From the NCBI GenBank assembly GCA_963725325.1, contig CAVRYF010000006.1, positions 95,993 through 159,992 on the forward strand: a stretch of DNA of 64,000 nt, given 5' to 3'. Source of the stretch: an uncultured Acidobacteriota bacterium (GTDB lineage: Bacteria > Acidobacteriota > Vicinamibacteria > Vicinamibacterales > 2-12-FULL-66-21). Position numbers and translations under genes: made by a program. Position 1 is the first letter of the stretch; each line of letters begins with the position of its first letter. Below, one piece after another: positions 56,201 through 64,000 of this stretch. The notes under the pieces were generated by a model. That model was not told where the DNA came from. It saw only the letters and a list, made by a program, of their open reading frames with translations, and did no database searches.

Positions 56201-57130
56201 ATGGCAGGCGTCAGTCGGCGGGCGTTTCTCGGAGGGGCTGCTACGGCTGGCGCGCTGCTGTGGGTCGCGCGACCCGGCTTCGCCGCCGACGGCATGTATG
56301 TGTCGCTCAACGGCTCGCTCACGCGCCAGATGCCGTGGCCGGACTTCGTCCGCCTGGCCGGGAAGCTCGGCTACGGCGGCGTCGACGTCAACTTCACCGC
56401 AGCGAAGACGGACGGCGTCGAAGCTACACGCGCGCTGCTCAAGGAGGCGAACGTCAAGCCCGCCATCGCCAACCTCCCGATGCCGTTCGCAACTCCGGAC
56501 GAGACCGTGTTCCAGAACGGGCTGAAGCAGCTCGAGGAGAACGCGCAGTTCTCATCCGCGATCGGCCTCAACCGGATGATGGCGGTGATGTCGCCCGCGA
56601 GCCCCGTGCCGAAGGAGGAGCGCTACAAGTTCGTCAAGGATCGGGTGACGGCGATTGCCGCGGTGCTGGAGCGATCGAAGATCAGGCTGGGCCTGGAGTT
56701 CCTGGGTCCGGTGTATTTCCGATCGAACGAGAAGTCACCGCACACGTTCATCTACACCCTGCCGGAGACCGTCGCGCTCGCGGCCGAGTGTGGTCCCAAC
56801 ATCGGCGTCGTCCTCGACGCCTGGCACTGGCATCACTCGGGAGGGACGACGGCCGAAATTCTCGCCGCGGGCAAGTCGCGCATCGTCCACGTCCACGTGT
56901 CGGACGCGAAGCCGGCGCCGCCAGATGAGGTGCGTGACAATCAGCGCCACATGCCCGGGGAGGGCGTGATCGATCTGGTCGGGTTCTTCCAGGCGCTCAA
57001 GAAGGTTGGCTACGTCGATGGCGTCAGCCCCGAGCCGCTCGGCCGAGTCCCGGCCGACATGCCCGCCGAAGAGGGTGCGCGACTCGGGCTCGAGACGACG
57101 CTCGCGGTGATGAAGAAGGCGGGACTATAG
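56201..57130 (+). CDS. sugar phosphate isomerase/epimerase (xylose isomerase-like TIM barrel), TAT-exported
   Basis: AGGAG lies 5 nt upstream of the ATG at 56201. The TAT motif is SRRAFLGG. Metal-ligand pattern: LEFLG...DAWHWHH...HVHVSD...PGEG. Confidence 0.83.
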   Translation: MAGVSRRAFLGGAATAGALLWVARPGFAADGMYVSLNGSLTRQMPWPDFVRLAGKLGYGGVDVNFTAAKTDGVEATRALLKEANVKPAIANLPMPFATPDETVFQNGLKQLEENAQFSSAIGLNRMMAVMSPASPVPKEERYKFVKDRVTAIAAVLERSKIRLGLEFLGPVYFRSNEKSPHTFIYTLPETVALAAECGPNIGVVLDAWHWHHSGGTTAEILAAGKSRIVHVHVSDAKPAPPDEVRDNQRHMPGEGVIDLVGFFQALKKVGYVDGVSPEPLGRVPADMPAEEGARLGLETTLAVMKKAGL

Positions 57131-57136
57131 ACAGGC

Positions 57137-57243
57137 GTTCAGGGTTCAAGGTTCAAGGTTCAGGGTTCAAGGTTCAAGACCTTCGAGTGTGTACTTGAAG
57201 CTCTTGCTTGAACCCTGAACCCTGAACCCTGAACCTTGAACCC
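57137..57243. repeat. ~107-nt heptamer-word hairpin between convergent genes (possible bidirectional terminator)
   Basis: gttcagg gttcaag gttcaag gttcagg gttcaag gttcaag - apex hairpin cttcgagt-gtgt-acttgaag - cttgaac cctgaac cctgaac cctgaac cttgaac. No U-tract is present. Confidence 0.85.
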
Positions 57244-57259
57244 GCAATGCGAAGCGCGG

Positions 57260-58123
57260 TTACGCGCGAAGCTTCCGGTAGTTATCGAGGCAGCGCTTGG
57301 CCATCGCGAACTCGCCGTCGGCTCCGGCGATTTCCTGCTCGATCAAGTAGTACTCGACGCCGCCCGTGGCTTCCGCCGCGGCGAAGAGTGGTTTCCATTG
57401 CACGTCGCCTTCGCCGAAGGCCACTTTGTAGCCGCGGTCGTCGCCCTTGCCCCAGTCCTTGCAGTGGACGCTCTTGATGCGTCCGGGGTTCGCCTTGATC
57501 CACGCGACAGGATCGACGCCGACCTCGACGCACGTGCCCGCGTCGAGCTGCAGCACGACGTCTTTCGGCGTTCCGGCGGCCAGGACGTCCATCGGACGGG
57601 TATCGCCAATCGGACGCCATTCGGTCTGATGGTTGTGGAAGCCGGTCATCATGCCGAGCGGCCGCAGCTTTTCCTGTGCCGCCGTCAGCGACGCGGCAAA
57701 CGCCTTCCAGCCGTCGACATCGACGACCTTGCCCGCGCTCGCGACGATGATCGCCTTGCTGCCGATGATCTGATTGAGCTCGATGGTTTTTGGCAGGTTG
57801 TCGGCGCTCACGGCCTGCGCGCTGTTGTGCGTCGACAAGCACCTGATGCCCAGGTCGTCGAGCAGCTTGCGGTAGTCCTTGGCCGCCTCGGTCGTCCAGT
57901 TGAGGTACGGAGAGTAGAACTCGACCACCTCGTAGCCCATCTTGGCGATAGCGGTGACCGTGCCCTTCACGTCCTTGGTGAGCTCGCCGCGGACCGAGTA
58001 GAGCTCGATGCCGACGGGAACCTTCTTCGTCTGCGCCAGCAGGCCCGTGCCAAGAGAGGTAGCGAAGGGCATCGCGCCGGCCATGGCGAGGAACGCGCGT
58101 CGCGACAAGTCGTAGTTTTTCAT
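57260..58123 (-). CDS. sugar phosphate isomerase/epimerase (TIM barrel), TAT-exported
   Basis: Trimmed to MKNYDLSRRAFLAMAG (TAT motif). Contains GIELYSVR and HCKDW. Confidence 0.83.
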   Translation of the reverse strand: MKNYDLSRRAFLAMAGAMPFATSLGTGLLAQTKKVPVGIELYSVRGELTKDVKGTVTAIAKMGYEVVEFYSPYLNWTTEAAKDYRKLLDDLGIRCLSTHNSAQAVSADNLPKTIELNQIIGSKAIIVASAGKVVDVDGWKAFAASLTAAQEKLRPLGMMTGFHNHQTEWRPIGDTRPMDVLAAGTPKDVVLQLDAGTCVEVGVDPVAWIKANPGRIKSVHCKDWGKGDDRGYKVAFGEGDVQWKPLFAAAEATGGVEYYLIEQEIAGADGEFAMAKRCLDNYRKLRA

Positions 58124-58211
58124 GCGTGGAAAGTAACACAAGTCCGGACCTGCGCGCGACAGGAAGCGCTTGAAGGATTCAGGCGTTCTCGTGGTATTTT
58201 CGCGCAGCAAT

Positions 58212-58304
58212 CTCGCTGCTGGCTGCTCGCTGCTGGCGGCTGCCAAGTCGTCGGTCCGGGGTCAGATAGCAGCGAATGGGCAACAGCCATCAGCCAGCAG
58301 CGAG
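58212..58304. repeat. GCTGCTG-word inverted repeat in a divergent intergenic region
   Basis: ctcgctgctggctg (58212-58225) is perfectly complementary to cagccagcagcgag (58291-58304). The left arm reads gctgctg gctgctc gctgctg gcggctg. Confidence 0.8.
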
Positions 58305-58326
58305 CCGCCATCCAGTGAGGCGTAGA

Positions 58327-60087
58327 ATGAAGCGTCGACTCTCGATCACCTGCCTGGTTGTCGCGACCGCGCTCGGCGCGGCTTCAGCGGCCGCCCGTCA
58401 GGCAGCCTTTCACACTCTCAACGACCGGTTTGCGGCGCCGCGCCTGACGACGCTCGACGCGTGGAAGACGCGTGCGGGCTACGTGCGCCAGCACGTGCTT
58501 GCTTCGGCCGGCCTCCTGCCGCTTCCCGACAAGACTCCGCTTCGCCCGTCGGTCTTCGGTGAGGTCAAGCGCGCCGACTACTCGGTGTCGAAGGTGTACT
58601 TCGAGAGCCTCCCGGGATTCTTCGTGACCGGAAATCTGTACCGGCCGATTGGTGACGGTCCGTTTCCCGCCGTTCTGTCGCCGCACGGGCACTGGACCTA
58701 CGGACGGCTCGAGAACACACAAACGACCTCCGGACCCGCGCGCGCGATCGGGCTGGCCCGGCAGGGCTTGGTCGTCTTCACCTACGACATGGTCGGCTAC
58801 AACGACAGCCAGCAGCTGCCGCACACCTTCGGCAGCAGAAGCGAGCACATCTGGGGATTGAGCCTCGCCGGACTGCAGTTGTGGAACGGCATCCGCGCGC
58901 TCGATTTCCTGGAGACGCTGCCGTACGTGCGCCGCGACGCGCTCGCCGCGACGGGCGAGTCCGGCGGCGGCTCGCAGACGTTCCTGCTCGCGGCGGTCGA
59001 CTCGCGTGTGAAGGTCGCGGTGCCGGTGAACATGATCTCGCTGCACATGCAGGGCGGCTGCCTGTGCGAGAACCCGCCGGGCCTCCGTCTCGACGCCACG
59101 AACGTCGACATCGCCGCGACGATTGCGCCGCGCCCGATGCTGATGATTTCGGCGACCGGTGACTGGACCGCCGAGACGATGGAAGTCGAATACCCGGCGG
59201 TGCGGGGCGTCTACGAGTTGTTCGGGGCCGCGAACCGCGTGCAGGCCGTGCGAATGACCGCCGAGCACAATTACAACAAGGACAGCCGGGAAGCGATGTA
59301 CGCCTGGATGGCGCGGTGGCTGCAGCAGGCGCCGCCCGACAGCACTCCTGACATCAAGATTGTCGAGCGCCCCTTCACCGTGGAACCCCTGGCCGACCTG
59401 CTCGTGTTTCACCGGCGGTCGCTTCCGGCCGAGGCGGTGACGGCTGCGCAGTTGACCGACGCCTGGATCGCGGCGGCGAAGCGCCAGCTCGGAACGGTCC
59501 CGTCGCCGGACGCCGCAGCGGCACTTCAGCATGCGCTCGGCTTTGCGACGGTCGCCGGAGCTCCGTCGGCGTTCAACCGGACGGTGCTCCTGGCACACAG
59601 CGACCCGGCGGTGGGGAAGGCCCTCTCGAATGCCGCCTTCGCTGTGCGGCCGATTGCGTTCACGCCGTTCGACGAGGCTGCCGCCGCGAAGGTCCAGCAC
59701 TTCGACACCTACAACCGAACCGCCGTCAGCCAGCGCGTCGCGGACATCGTCGCCACCGTGCGGGCGAATCCGGGTGCGGCGATCGTCGCCGACGGCGATG
59801 CGGCGCTGGCCGCGCTCCTGGCGTCAGCCGTCGCGTCGGCACCCGTGGCCATCCTCGATGTCGGGCGCTTCGACACGTCCAACGACGCCGGCTATCTCGG
59901 CCGGTTGTACATTCCCGGCCTGAGACGCGCGGGCGATCTCCAGACGGCGGCCTCCCTCGTCCGTGGAAAGGTCCTCGTCCACAATGCGGGCGATCGCTTT
60001 ACGGTTACCGGAGTCGACGTGCAGTCCCGCACGCTGACGGCTGCGGAGATCACGGCCGCGCTGCGCCAGCTGGCCTCCAGGCGCTGA
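58327..60087 (+). CDS. alpha/beta hydrolase (acetyl-xylan-esterase-like) with C-terminal extension, exported
   Basis: Trimmed to MKRRLSITCLVVATALGAASAAA. The nucleophile elbow is GESGGGS, and the family-like segment PFPAVLSPHGHW is present. Confidence 0.78.
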   Translation: MKRRLSITCLVVATALGAASAAARQAAFHTLNDRFAAPRLTTLDAWKTRAGYVRQHVLASAGLLPLPDKTPLRPSVFGEVKRADYSVSKVYFESLPGFFVTGNLYRPIGDGPFPAVLSPHGHWTYGRLENTQTTSGPARAIGLARQGLVVFTYDMVGYNDSQQLPHTFGSRSEHIWGLSLAGLQLWNGIRALDFLETLPYVRRDALAATGESGGGSQTFLLAAVDSRVKVAVPVNMISLHMQGGCLCENPPGLRLDATNVDIAATIAPRPMLMISATGDWTAETMEVEYPAVRGVYELFGAANRVQAVRMTAEHNYNKDSREAMYAWMARWLQQAPPDSTPDIKIVERPFTVEPLADLLVFHRRSLPAEAVTAAQLTDAWIAAAKRQLGTVPSPDAAAALQHALGFATVAGAPSAFNRTVLLAHSDPAVGKALSNAAFAVRPIAFTPFDEAAAAKVQHFDTYNRTAVSQRVADIVATVRANPGAAIVADGDAALAALLASAVASAPVAILDVGRFDTSNDAGYLGRLYIPGLRRAGDLQTAASLVRGKVLVHNAGDRFTVTGVDVQSRTLTAAEITAALRQLASRR

Positions 60088-60250
60088 GCGACGCGGCCCG
60101 AGGACGCGGCGCGCAGTCGCTCGCGGCGAGGGCGAGATCGGGGGTATCGCCGCCTCGCCAAAGGCAACGTCGAGCTGCGCGCGAAGCTGCGACGAAGGCG
60201 AGGCCGCCGCGAGCATTGGAATGTCAGACCGGCGGCGTGTGATTCATGGT

Positions 60251-60274
60251 CTATATATAGTAATATCTATATAT
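60251..60274. promoter_or_regulatory. AT-rich palindrome abutting the arsR-like start (candidate operator/-10 region)
   Basis: CTATATATAG-TAATAT-CTATATATAT, with TATATAG/CTATATA as inverted repeats. It is the only strongly AT-rich patch in this region and ends at the ATG at 60275. Confidence 0.45.
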
Positions 60275-60514
60275 ATGCCGACGCCCCTGCAGGTGCTCAA
60301 GAGCGATTTCTTCCGCGCGCTCGCCCATCCCACGCGCATCAGCATCCTCGAGCGGCTCTCGCAGGGCGAGCAGTCCGTCCAGGATCTCCAGGGCGCCCTC
60401 ACCCTCGAGCAACCGGTCGTGTCCCAGCATCTGGCCGCACTTCGGGCGAGGAACGTCGTGACCGTGCGGCGGGAGGGCACGCAGGCACAACGGGGTCGGA
60501 TCTCGATTGTCTGA
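60275..60514 (+). CDS. ArsR/SmtB-family HTH regulator, apparently C-terminally truncated (79 aa)
   Basis: FFRALAHPTRISILERLSQGEQSVQDLQGALTLEQPVVSQHLAALRARNVVTVRREGTQ. The ORF then ends in QRGRISIV*, encoded by a palindromic element. The wing and C-terminal helix are missing. Confidence 0.68.
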   Translation: MPTPLQVLKSDFFRALAHPTRISILERLSQGEQSVQDLQGALTLEQPVVSQHLAALRARNVVTVRREGTQAQRGRISIV

Positions 60515-60555
60515 TTCCAGGGCCAGCGATCAGAGAATCGAGATCTGACCCCGTT
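60489..60555. repeat. 67-nt palindromic element covering the arsR-like stop codon
   Basis: aacggggtcggatctcgatt (60489-60508) is complementary to aatcgagatctgaccccgtt (60536-60555), matching 19 of 20 with the mismatch G:U on the + strand. There is an inner pair tctgat/atcaga. Confidence 0.85.
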
Positions 60556-60581
60556 ACCAATAGGCGCTATGATCTGGCGCC

Positions 60582-62075
60582 ATGAACAGGTCTGCGAGTT
60601 CGCTGGGGGTGCCAGGTCTTCCGGATTCGTCACTGCCCGCCAGCCACGGCGAGCTCCCGCGCTGGGATGTCGCCGACCTGCCGGCGCCGCCGCCGTTCAA
60701 CGCGGGGAACCTCTTCAAGATCATCGGGCCAGGCGCGATCATGGCGGCGACGTCGATCGGCGGCGGGGAGTGGCTCGTCGGCCCTGCCGCGGCGGTCAAG
60801 TACTCCTCGGCGATCTTCCTGATTGCGACGGTCGCGATTCTGCTCCAGATCATTTTCAATCTCGAAGCCATTCGCTACACCCTCTACACGGGGGAGCCGA
60901 TTTACGGCGGCATCATGCGCCTCAAACCCGGGGCGAAGTTCTGGGCCGCTTTCTACACCGTGATTGGGTTCTTCCAGCTTGGCTGGCCCGCGCTGGCCGG
61001 CAGCGCCGCGGCGACGCTGATGGGAGCGTGGATGGGCCGGATGCCGGGTGCGCCCGATCAGGCCGCGCAGGCCTGGGTCGCCACGGGCCTCATGCTGTTT
61101 GTCGTCTTGATCCTCTCATTCGGCGGGACGATCGAGCGGATGCTCGAGTACTTCGCGTGGACGATGCTGGGCGTGGTGTTCCTGTTTCTCATCACCATCA
61201 ACGTTGCCTTCGTGCCGATGTCGCACTGGTGGGAAACCTTCCTGGGCTTCTTCAGCTTCACCGGCCTGCCGCATCCGATTGACTGGGGCCTCATCGGCGC
61301 GCTGGCAGCCACGGCCGGTTCGGGCGGCATCGGCAACCTCACGGTGACCAACTGGATTCGGGACAAGGGCTTCGGAATGGGCGCCAAGGTTGGCGCCATT
61401 CCGAGTGCGGTCGGGGGTCACGCGATTCAGCTCACGCACGTGGGCACCGTGTTTCCGGCGACCGCGGAGAACCTTGTGCGCTGGCGCGAGTGGATGAAGT
61501 ACGTCCACGCGGATCAGTTGTGGGTATGGGGCCTGTTTTGTTTTCTCGGAATGTTTCTCAACGTGAATCTGGCCACGGCCATCATTCCCCACGGCACCGA
61601 CCTCCAGGGGCTCGCGGCCGGCGCCTATCAGGCGGAATATCTCAGCAAGATCTGGCCCGGCTTCTGGTTCCTCACGCTCTTCAACGGCTTCTGGATTCTG
61701 TTCAAGACCCAGCTCGGTAACACCGACATCCTGGTGCGCACGATTACGGACGCGGTCTGGATGTCGAGCAAGCGAGCGCGGGACTGGCAGATGGGCATCC
61801 GTGCGATCTATTACGGGATCCTGCTGGCGTTCTCGCTGTGGGGCCTGTTCGTGATCCGCTCGGCGTCGCCATTCCAGATGTTCAAGATCCTGGCGAACAT
61901 GGCGGGCATCGTGCTGCTCATCGCCGGCATCCAGATATTTCTCGTGAACCGCCGCTTCCTGCCCAAAGCCGTGCGCGCGCCTCTCTGGCGGGAGATCGGC
62001 CTGCTCGCGTGCTCGGCGTTCTACGCGTTCTTCGCCTATTTCGTCGTGAGGGATCTGTTGAGGTCGATGTTTTAG
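60582..62075 (+). CDS. Nramp-family divalent metal transporter
   Basis: 497 aa, about 11-12 TM segments. The N-terminal signature is IIGPGAIMAATSIGGGEWLVGPAAAVKY. Confidence 0.8.
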   Translation: MNRSASSLGVPGLPDSSLPASHGELPRWDVADLPAPPPFNAGNLFKIIGPGAIMAATSIGGGEWLVGPAAAVKYSSAIFLIATVAILLQIIFNLEAIRYTLYTGEPIYGGIMRLKPGAKFWAAFYTVIGFFQLGWPALAGSAAATLMGAWMGRMPGAPDQAAQAWVATGLMLFVVLILSFGGTIERMLEYFAWTMLGVVFLFLITINVAFVPMSHWWETFLGFFSFTGLPHPIDWGLIGALAATAGSGGIGNLTVTNWIRDKGFGMGAKVGAIPSAVGGHAIQLTHVGTVFPATAENLVRWREWMKYVHADQLWVWGLFCFLGMFLNVNLATAIIPHGTDLQGLAAGAYQAEYLSKIWPGFWFLTLFNGFWILFKTQLGNTDILVRTITDAVWMSSKRARDWQMGIRAIYYGILLAFSLWGLFVIRSASPFQMFKILANMAGIVLLIAGIQIFLVNRRFLPKAVRAPLWREIGLLACSAFYAFFAYFVVRDLLRSMF

Positions 62076-62093
62076 CGCGAGGGACCATTCGAG

Positions 62094-62378
62094 GTGGACG
62101 GAGGCAACGGGTTCACCTCGGAGACACGGAGCTGAATTCAGTGGGAGACGCACGGAGGCTGTCGAGGTGCGTCGACCAGCAGACCGGTCGCGTCGCCGGC
62201 CGAACGGCCGGCGAGTGGCATCGGGAGAGCGGCGCAACTCAAAGCACCCTGTGTGTTCCTCGGTGCTCTGAGTTGTGCCGCTCTCTCGATGCCGCCCGCG
62301 CTTCGCGCGGCGCGACCGGTCCTCCGTGCGTCTCCGTGGTCTCCGTGTCTCCGTGGTGAACCCGTTGTCTCCGTCTAC
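62094..62378. repeat. 285-bp nested palindrome (rod-like hairpin; MITE-like or structured RNA candidate)
   Basis: Outer arms are gtggacggaggcaacgggttcacctcggagacacggag...gggagacgcacggagg and cctccgtgcgtctccgtggtctccgtgtctccgtggtgaacccgttgtctccgtctac. The middle pair is gaccggtcgcg/cgcgaccggtc. Inner 32-nt arms lie at 62217-62248 and 62262-62293, with the apex near 62250-62260. Confidence 0.85.
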
Positions 62379-62398
62379 TCCCTGGCGAAGGAGCAATC

Positions 62399-64000
62399 CT
62401 GCAAACTCGAAAGAGCGATCACGTCGACATCTACCATGGCGTCGCAGTGCCGGATCCCTACCGATGGCTGGAGGACGACACCTCACCTGAAACAGCGGCG
62501 TGGGTCGAGGCGCAGAACAGCGTCACGCTTCCGTACCTGGCAGGTATCCCGTTTCGCGAGGCGCTCCGGGCCCGCGTGCTGCAGCTGAACGACTACGAGA
62601 AGTACTCCGCGCCGCTGCGCAAGGGACCCTATTTCTTCTTCAGCAAGAACGCTGGCCTGCAGAATCAGAGCGTCCTGTTCATCCAGCCAGGGCTCGACGG
62701 ATCGCCGGAAGTCCTAATCGATCCGAACACGTGGTCGCCGGATGGCACGGTGAGTCTCAGCGTGTTCGTCCCGTCGAAGAACGCGACGCACGCGGTTTAC
62801 GGCATCTCGCGAAGCGGGTCCGACTGGCAGGTCTACAAGGTCATGGACCTTGCCACGAAGACGACGCTCGAGGACACCCTCGAGTGGGTCAAGGTCTCGG
62901 GCGTGGCCTGGCACGGCGACGGATTCTTCTACAGCCGGTATCCTGCGCCGCCGGCCGGTCAGGAGAAGGCGTCGATCAACGAATACCATCAAGTGTACTT
63001 CCACCGCATCGGCACATCGCAGGCCGATGACGTGCTCGTGTACGAGGACCGCGCGAACGCGCAGCGGTTTCACACGGTCCAGACAACCGAGGACGAACGG
63101 TTCGCGATTCTCACGATTTCCGAGCGTGGCAAGGGCAAGGATGGCAACGCCATCTACGTGTCCGATCTCTCCTCGGGCCCGGCCGACCTGTCCACGCGCC
63201 CACCCTCGTTTGCGCCGATCGTCGCGGCAATCTCAGACGACTCCTTCGGTGTTGTCGACAACGTCGGTGACCAGCTGCTCGTGCAGACGAATCGCCGGGC
63301 GCCCAACTGGCGTGTGATCCTCATCGACCCGGGCCATCCGGACGAACTCAACTGGACCGACGTGCTGCCCGAACGGTCCGAGCCGCTTCAGGGTGCGGGT
63401 ACCGCAGGCGGAAAGCTCTTCGCCACATACCTGAAAGATGTGGTGACGAGGGCGTACGTCCATGGATTGGATGGCACGCTCGAGAACGAAGTCGTGCTGC
63501 CTGGCCCTGGCGCAGCCGCTGGTTTCGCGGGTTCGCACGACGACACGTTCGTGTTCTATGCGTTCAACTCGCTGAGCGTGCCGCCGACGATCTACCGCTA
63601 CGACATCGCGACGCGCACGAGTACCGTGTTCCGCCAATCGACGGTACCAGGCTACGATCCCGGGGCGTTCGAGACGACGCAGGTGTTCTACCGAAGCACA
63701 GACGGCGCCCGCGTGCCGATGTTTCTGGTCCATCGCAAGGGACTGCAGCTCGACGGTACGAACCCAACGCTCTTGTACGGTTACGGCGGCTTCAACATCG
63801 TCGTCTCGCCGACTTTCAGCGCCGCACGACTGGCGATTCTCGAGCGGGGCGTCGTCTTTGCGTCCGCGAACCTGCGCGGCGGCGGCGAATATGGCGAGTC
63901 GTGGCACCAGCAGGGCATGAAGCTGCGGAAGCAGAACGTCTTCGACGACTTCATCGCAGCAGCCGAGTGGCTCATCGAGAACAAGTACACATCGCCGTCG
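62399..64000 (+). CDS. prolyl oligopeptidase (S9A) paralogue without signal peptide (partial; continues beyond the right edge)
   Basis: Absent from the ORF track because no stop falls in the window. My translation reads ..TRKSDHVDIYHGVAVPDPYRWLEDDTSPETAAWVEAQN...ANLRGGGEYGESWHQQG. The frame opens after the TGA at 62357-62359. There is no in-frame ATG/GTG/TTG before the conserved region. AAGGAG (62388-62393) lies 5 nt upstream of the CTG at 62399. Confidence 0.82.
   Translation, partial: MQTRKSDHVDIYHGVAVPDPYRWLEDDTSPETAAWVEAQNSVTLPYLAGIPFREALRARVLQLNDYEKYSAPLRKGPYFFFSKNAGLQNQSVLFIQPGLDGSPEVLIDPNTWSPDGTVSLSVFVPSKNATHAVYGISRSGSDWQVYKVMDLATKTTLEDTLEWVKVSGVAWHGDGFFYSRYPAPPAGQEKASINEYHQVYFHRIGTSQADDVLVYEDRANAQRFHTVQTTEDERFAILTISERGKGKDGNAIYVSDLSSGPADLSTRPPSFAPIVAAISDDSFGVVDNVGDQLLVQTNRRAPNWRVILIDPGHPDELNWTDVLPERSEPLQGAGTAGGKLFATYLKDVVTRAYVHGLDGTLENEVVLPGPGAAAGFAGSHDDTFVFYAFNSLSVPPTIYRYDIATRTSTVFRQSTVPGYDPGAFETTQVFYRSTDGARVPMFLVHRKGLQLDGTNPTLLYGYGGFNIVVSPTFSAARLAILERGVVFASANLRGGGEYGESWHQQGMKLRKQNVFDDFIAAAEWLIENKYTSPS

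Overview
High-GC (roughly two-thirds G+C by eye) chromosomal segment. The gene content looks acidobacterial, which is an inference. It rests on a PadR-ADOP duplicated-permease operon, a CarboxypepD_reg-type TonB-dependent receptor, two ECF sigma / Ser-Thr kinase pairs, and many TAT- or Sec-exported oxidoreductases and beta-propellers. I call about 50 protein genes, 4 tRNAs (Lys-CTT, Arg-CCG, Arg-TCG, His-GTG), a Ku/LigD NHEJ pair and a VapBC pair. There are also several decayed genes: two permease remnants, a dehydrogenase fragment and two single-base frameshifts. I saw no rRNA, CRISPR array, transposase or integrase. All product calls come from reading motifs in the translations, because no searches were possible. 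Three things stand out. (1) Almost every intergenic region, and several coding regions, carry long imperfect hairpins or arrays built from tandem short words, mostly heptamers. A separate ~142-bp palindromic element sits twice in-frame inside ligD and is translated in two different frames. A CAGTC-word array forms a Ser-rich insertion in a kinase activation loop. (2) An ~11.7-kb co-directional cluster (9886-21615) encodes an ECF sigma, a membrane Ser/Thr kinase with a TSP3-like/beta-rich ectodomain, an N-lobe-less pseudokinase twin, and two giant paralogous secreted Ig-like/BACON/IPT (one also PD40) proteins. Their 3' ends have been homogenised, and the cluster is flanked by gene remnants. (3) There are several candidate regulatory sites: PadR palindromes sharing an ACGATG core, perfect 24-bp tandem repeats, two likely leaderless promoters, and a 285-bp nested palindrome next to a gene that lacks a canonical start codon.
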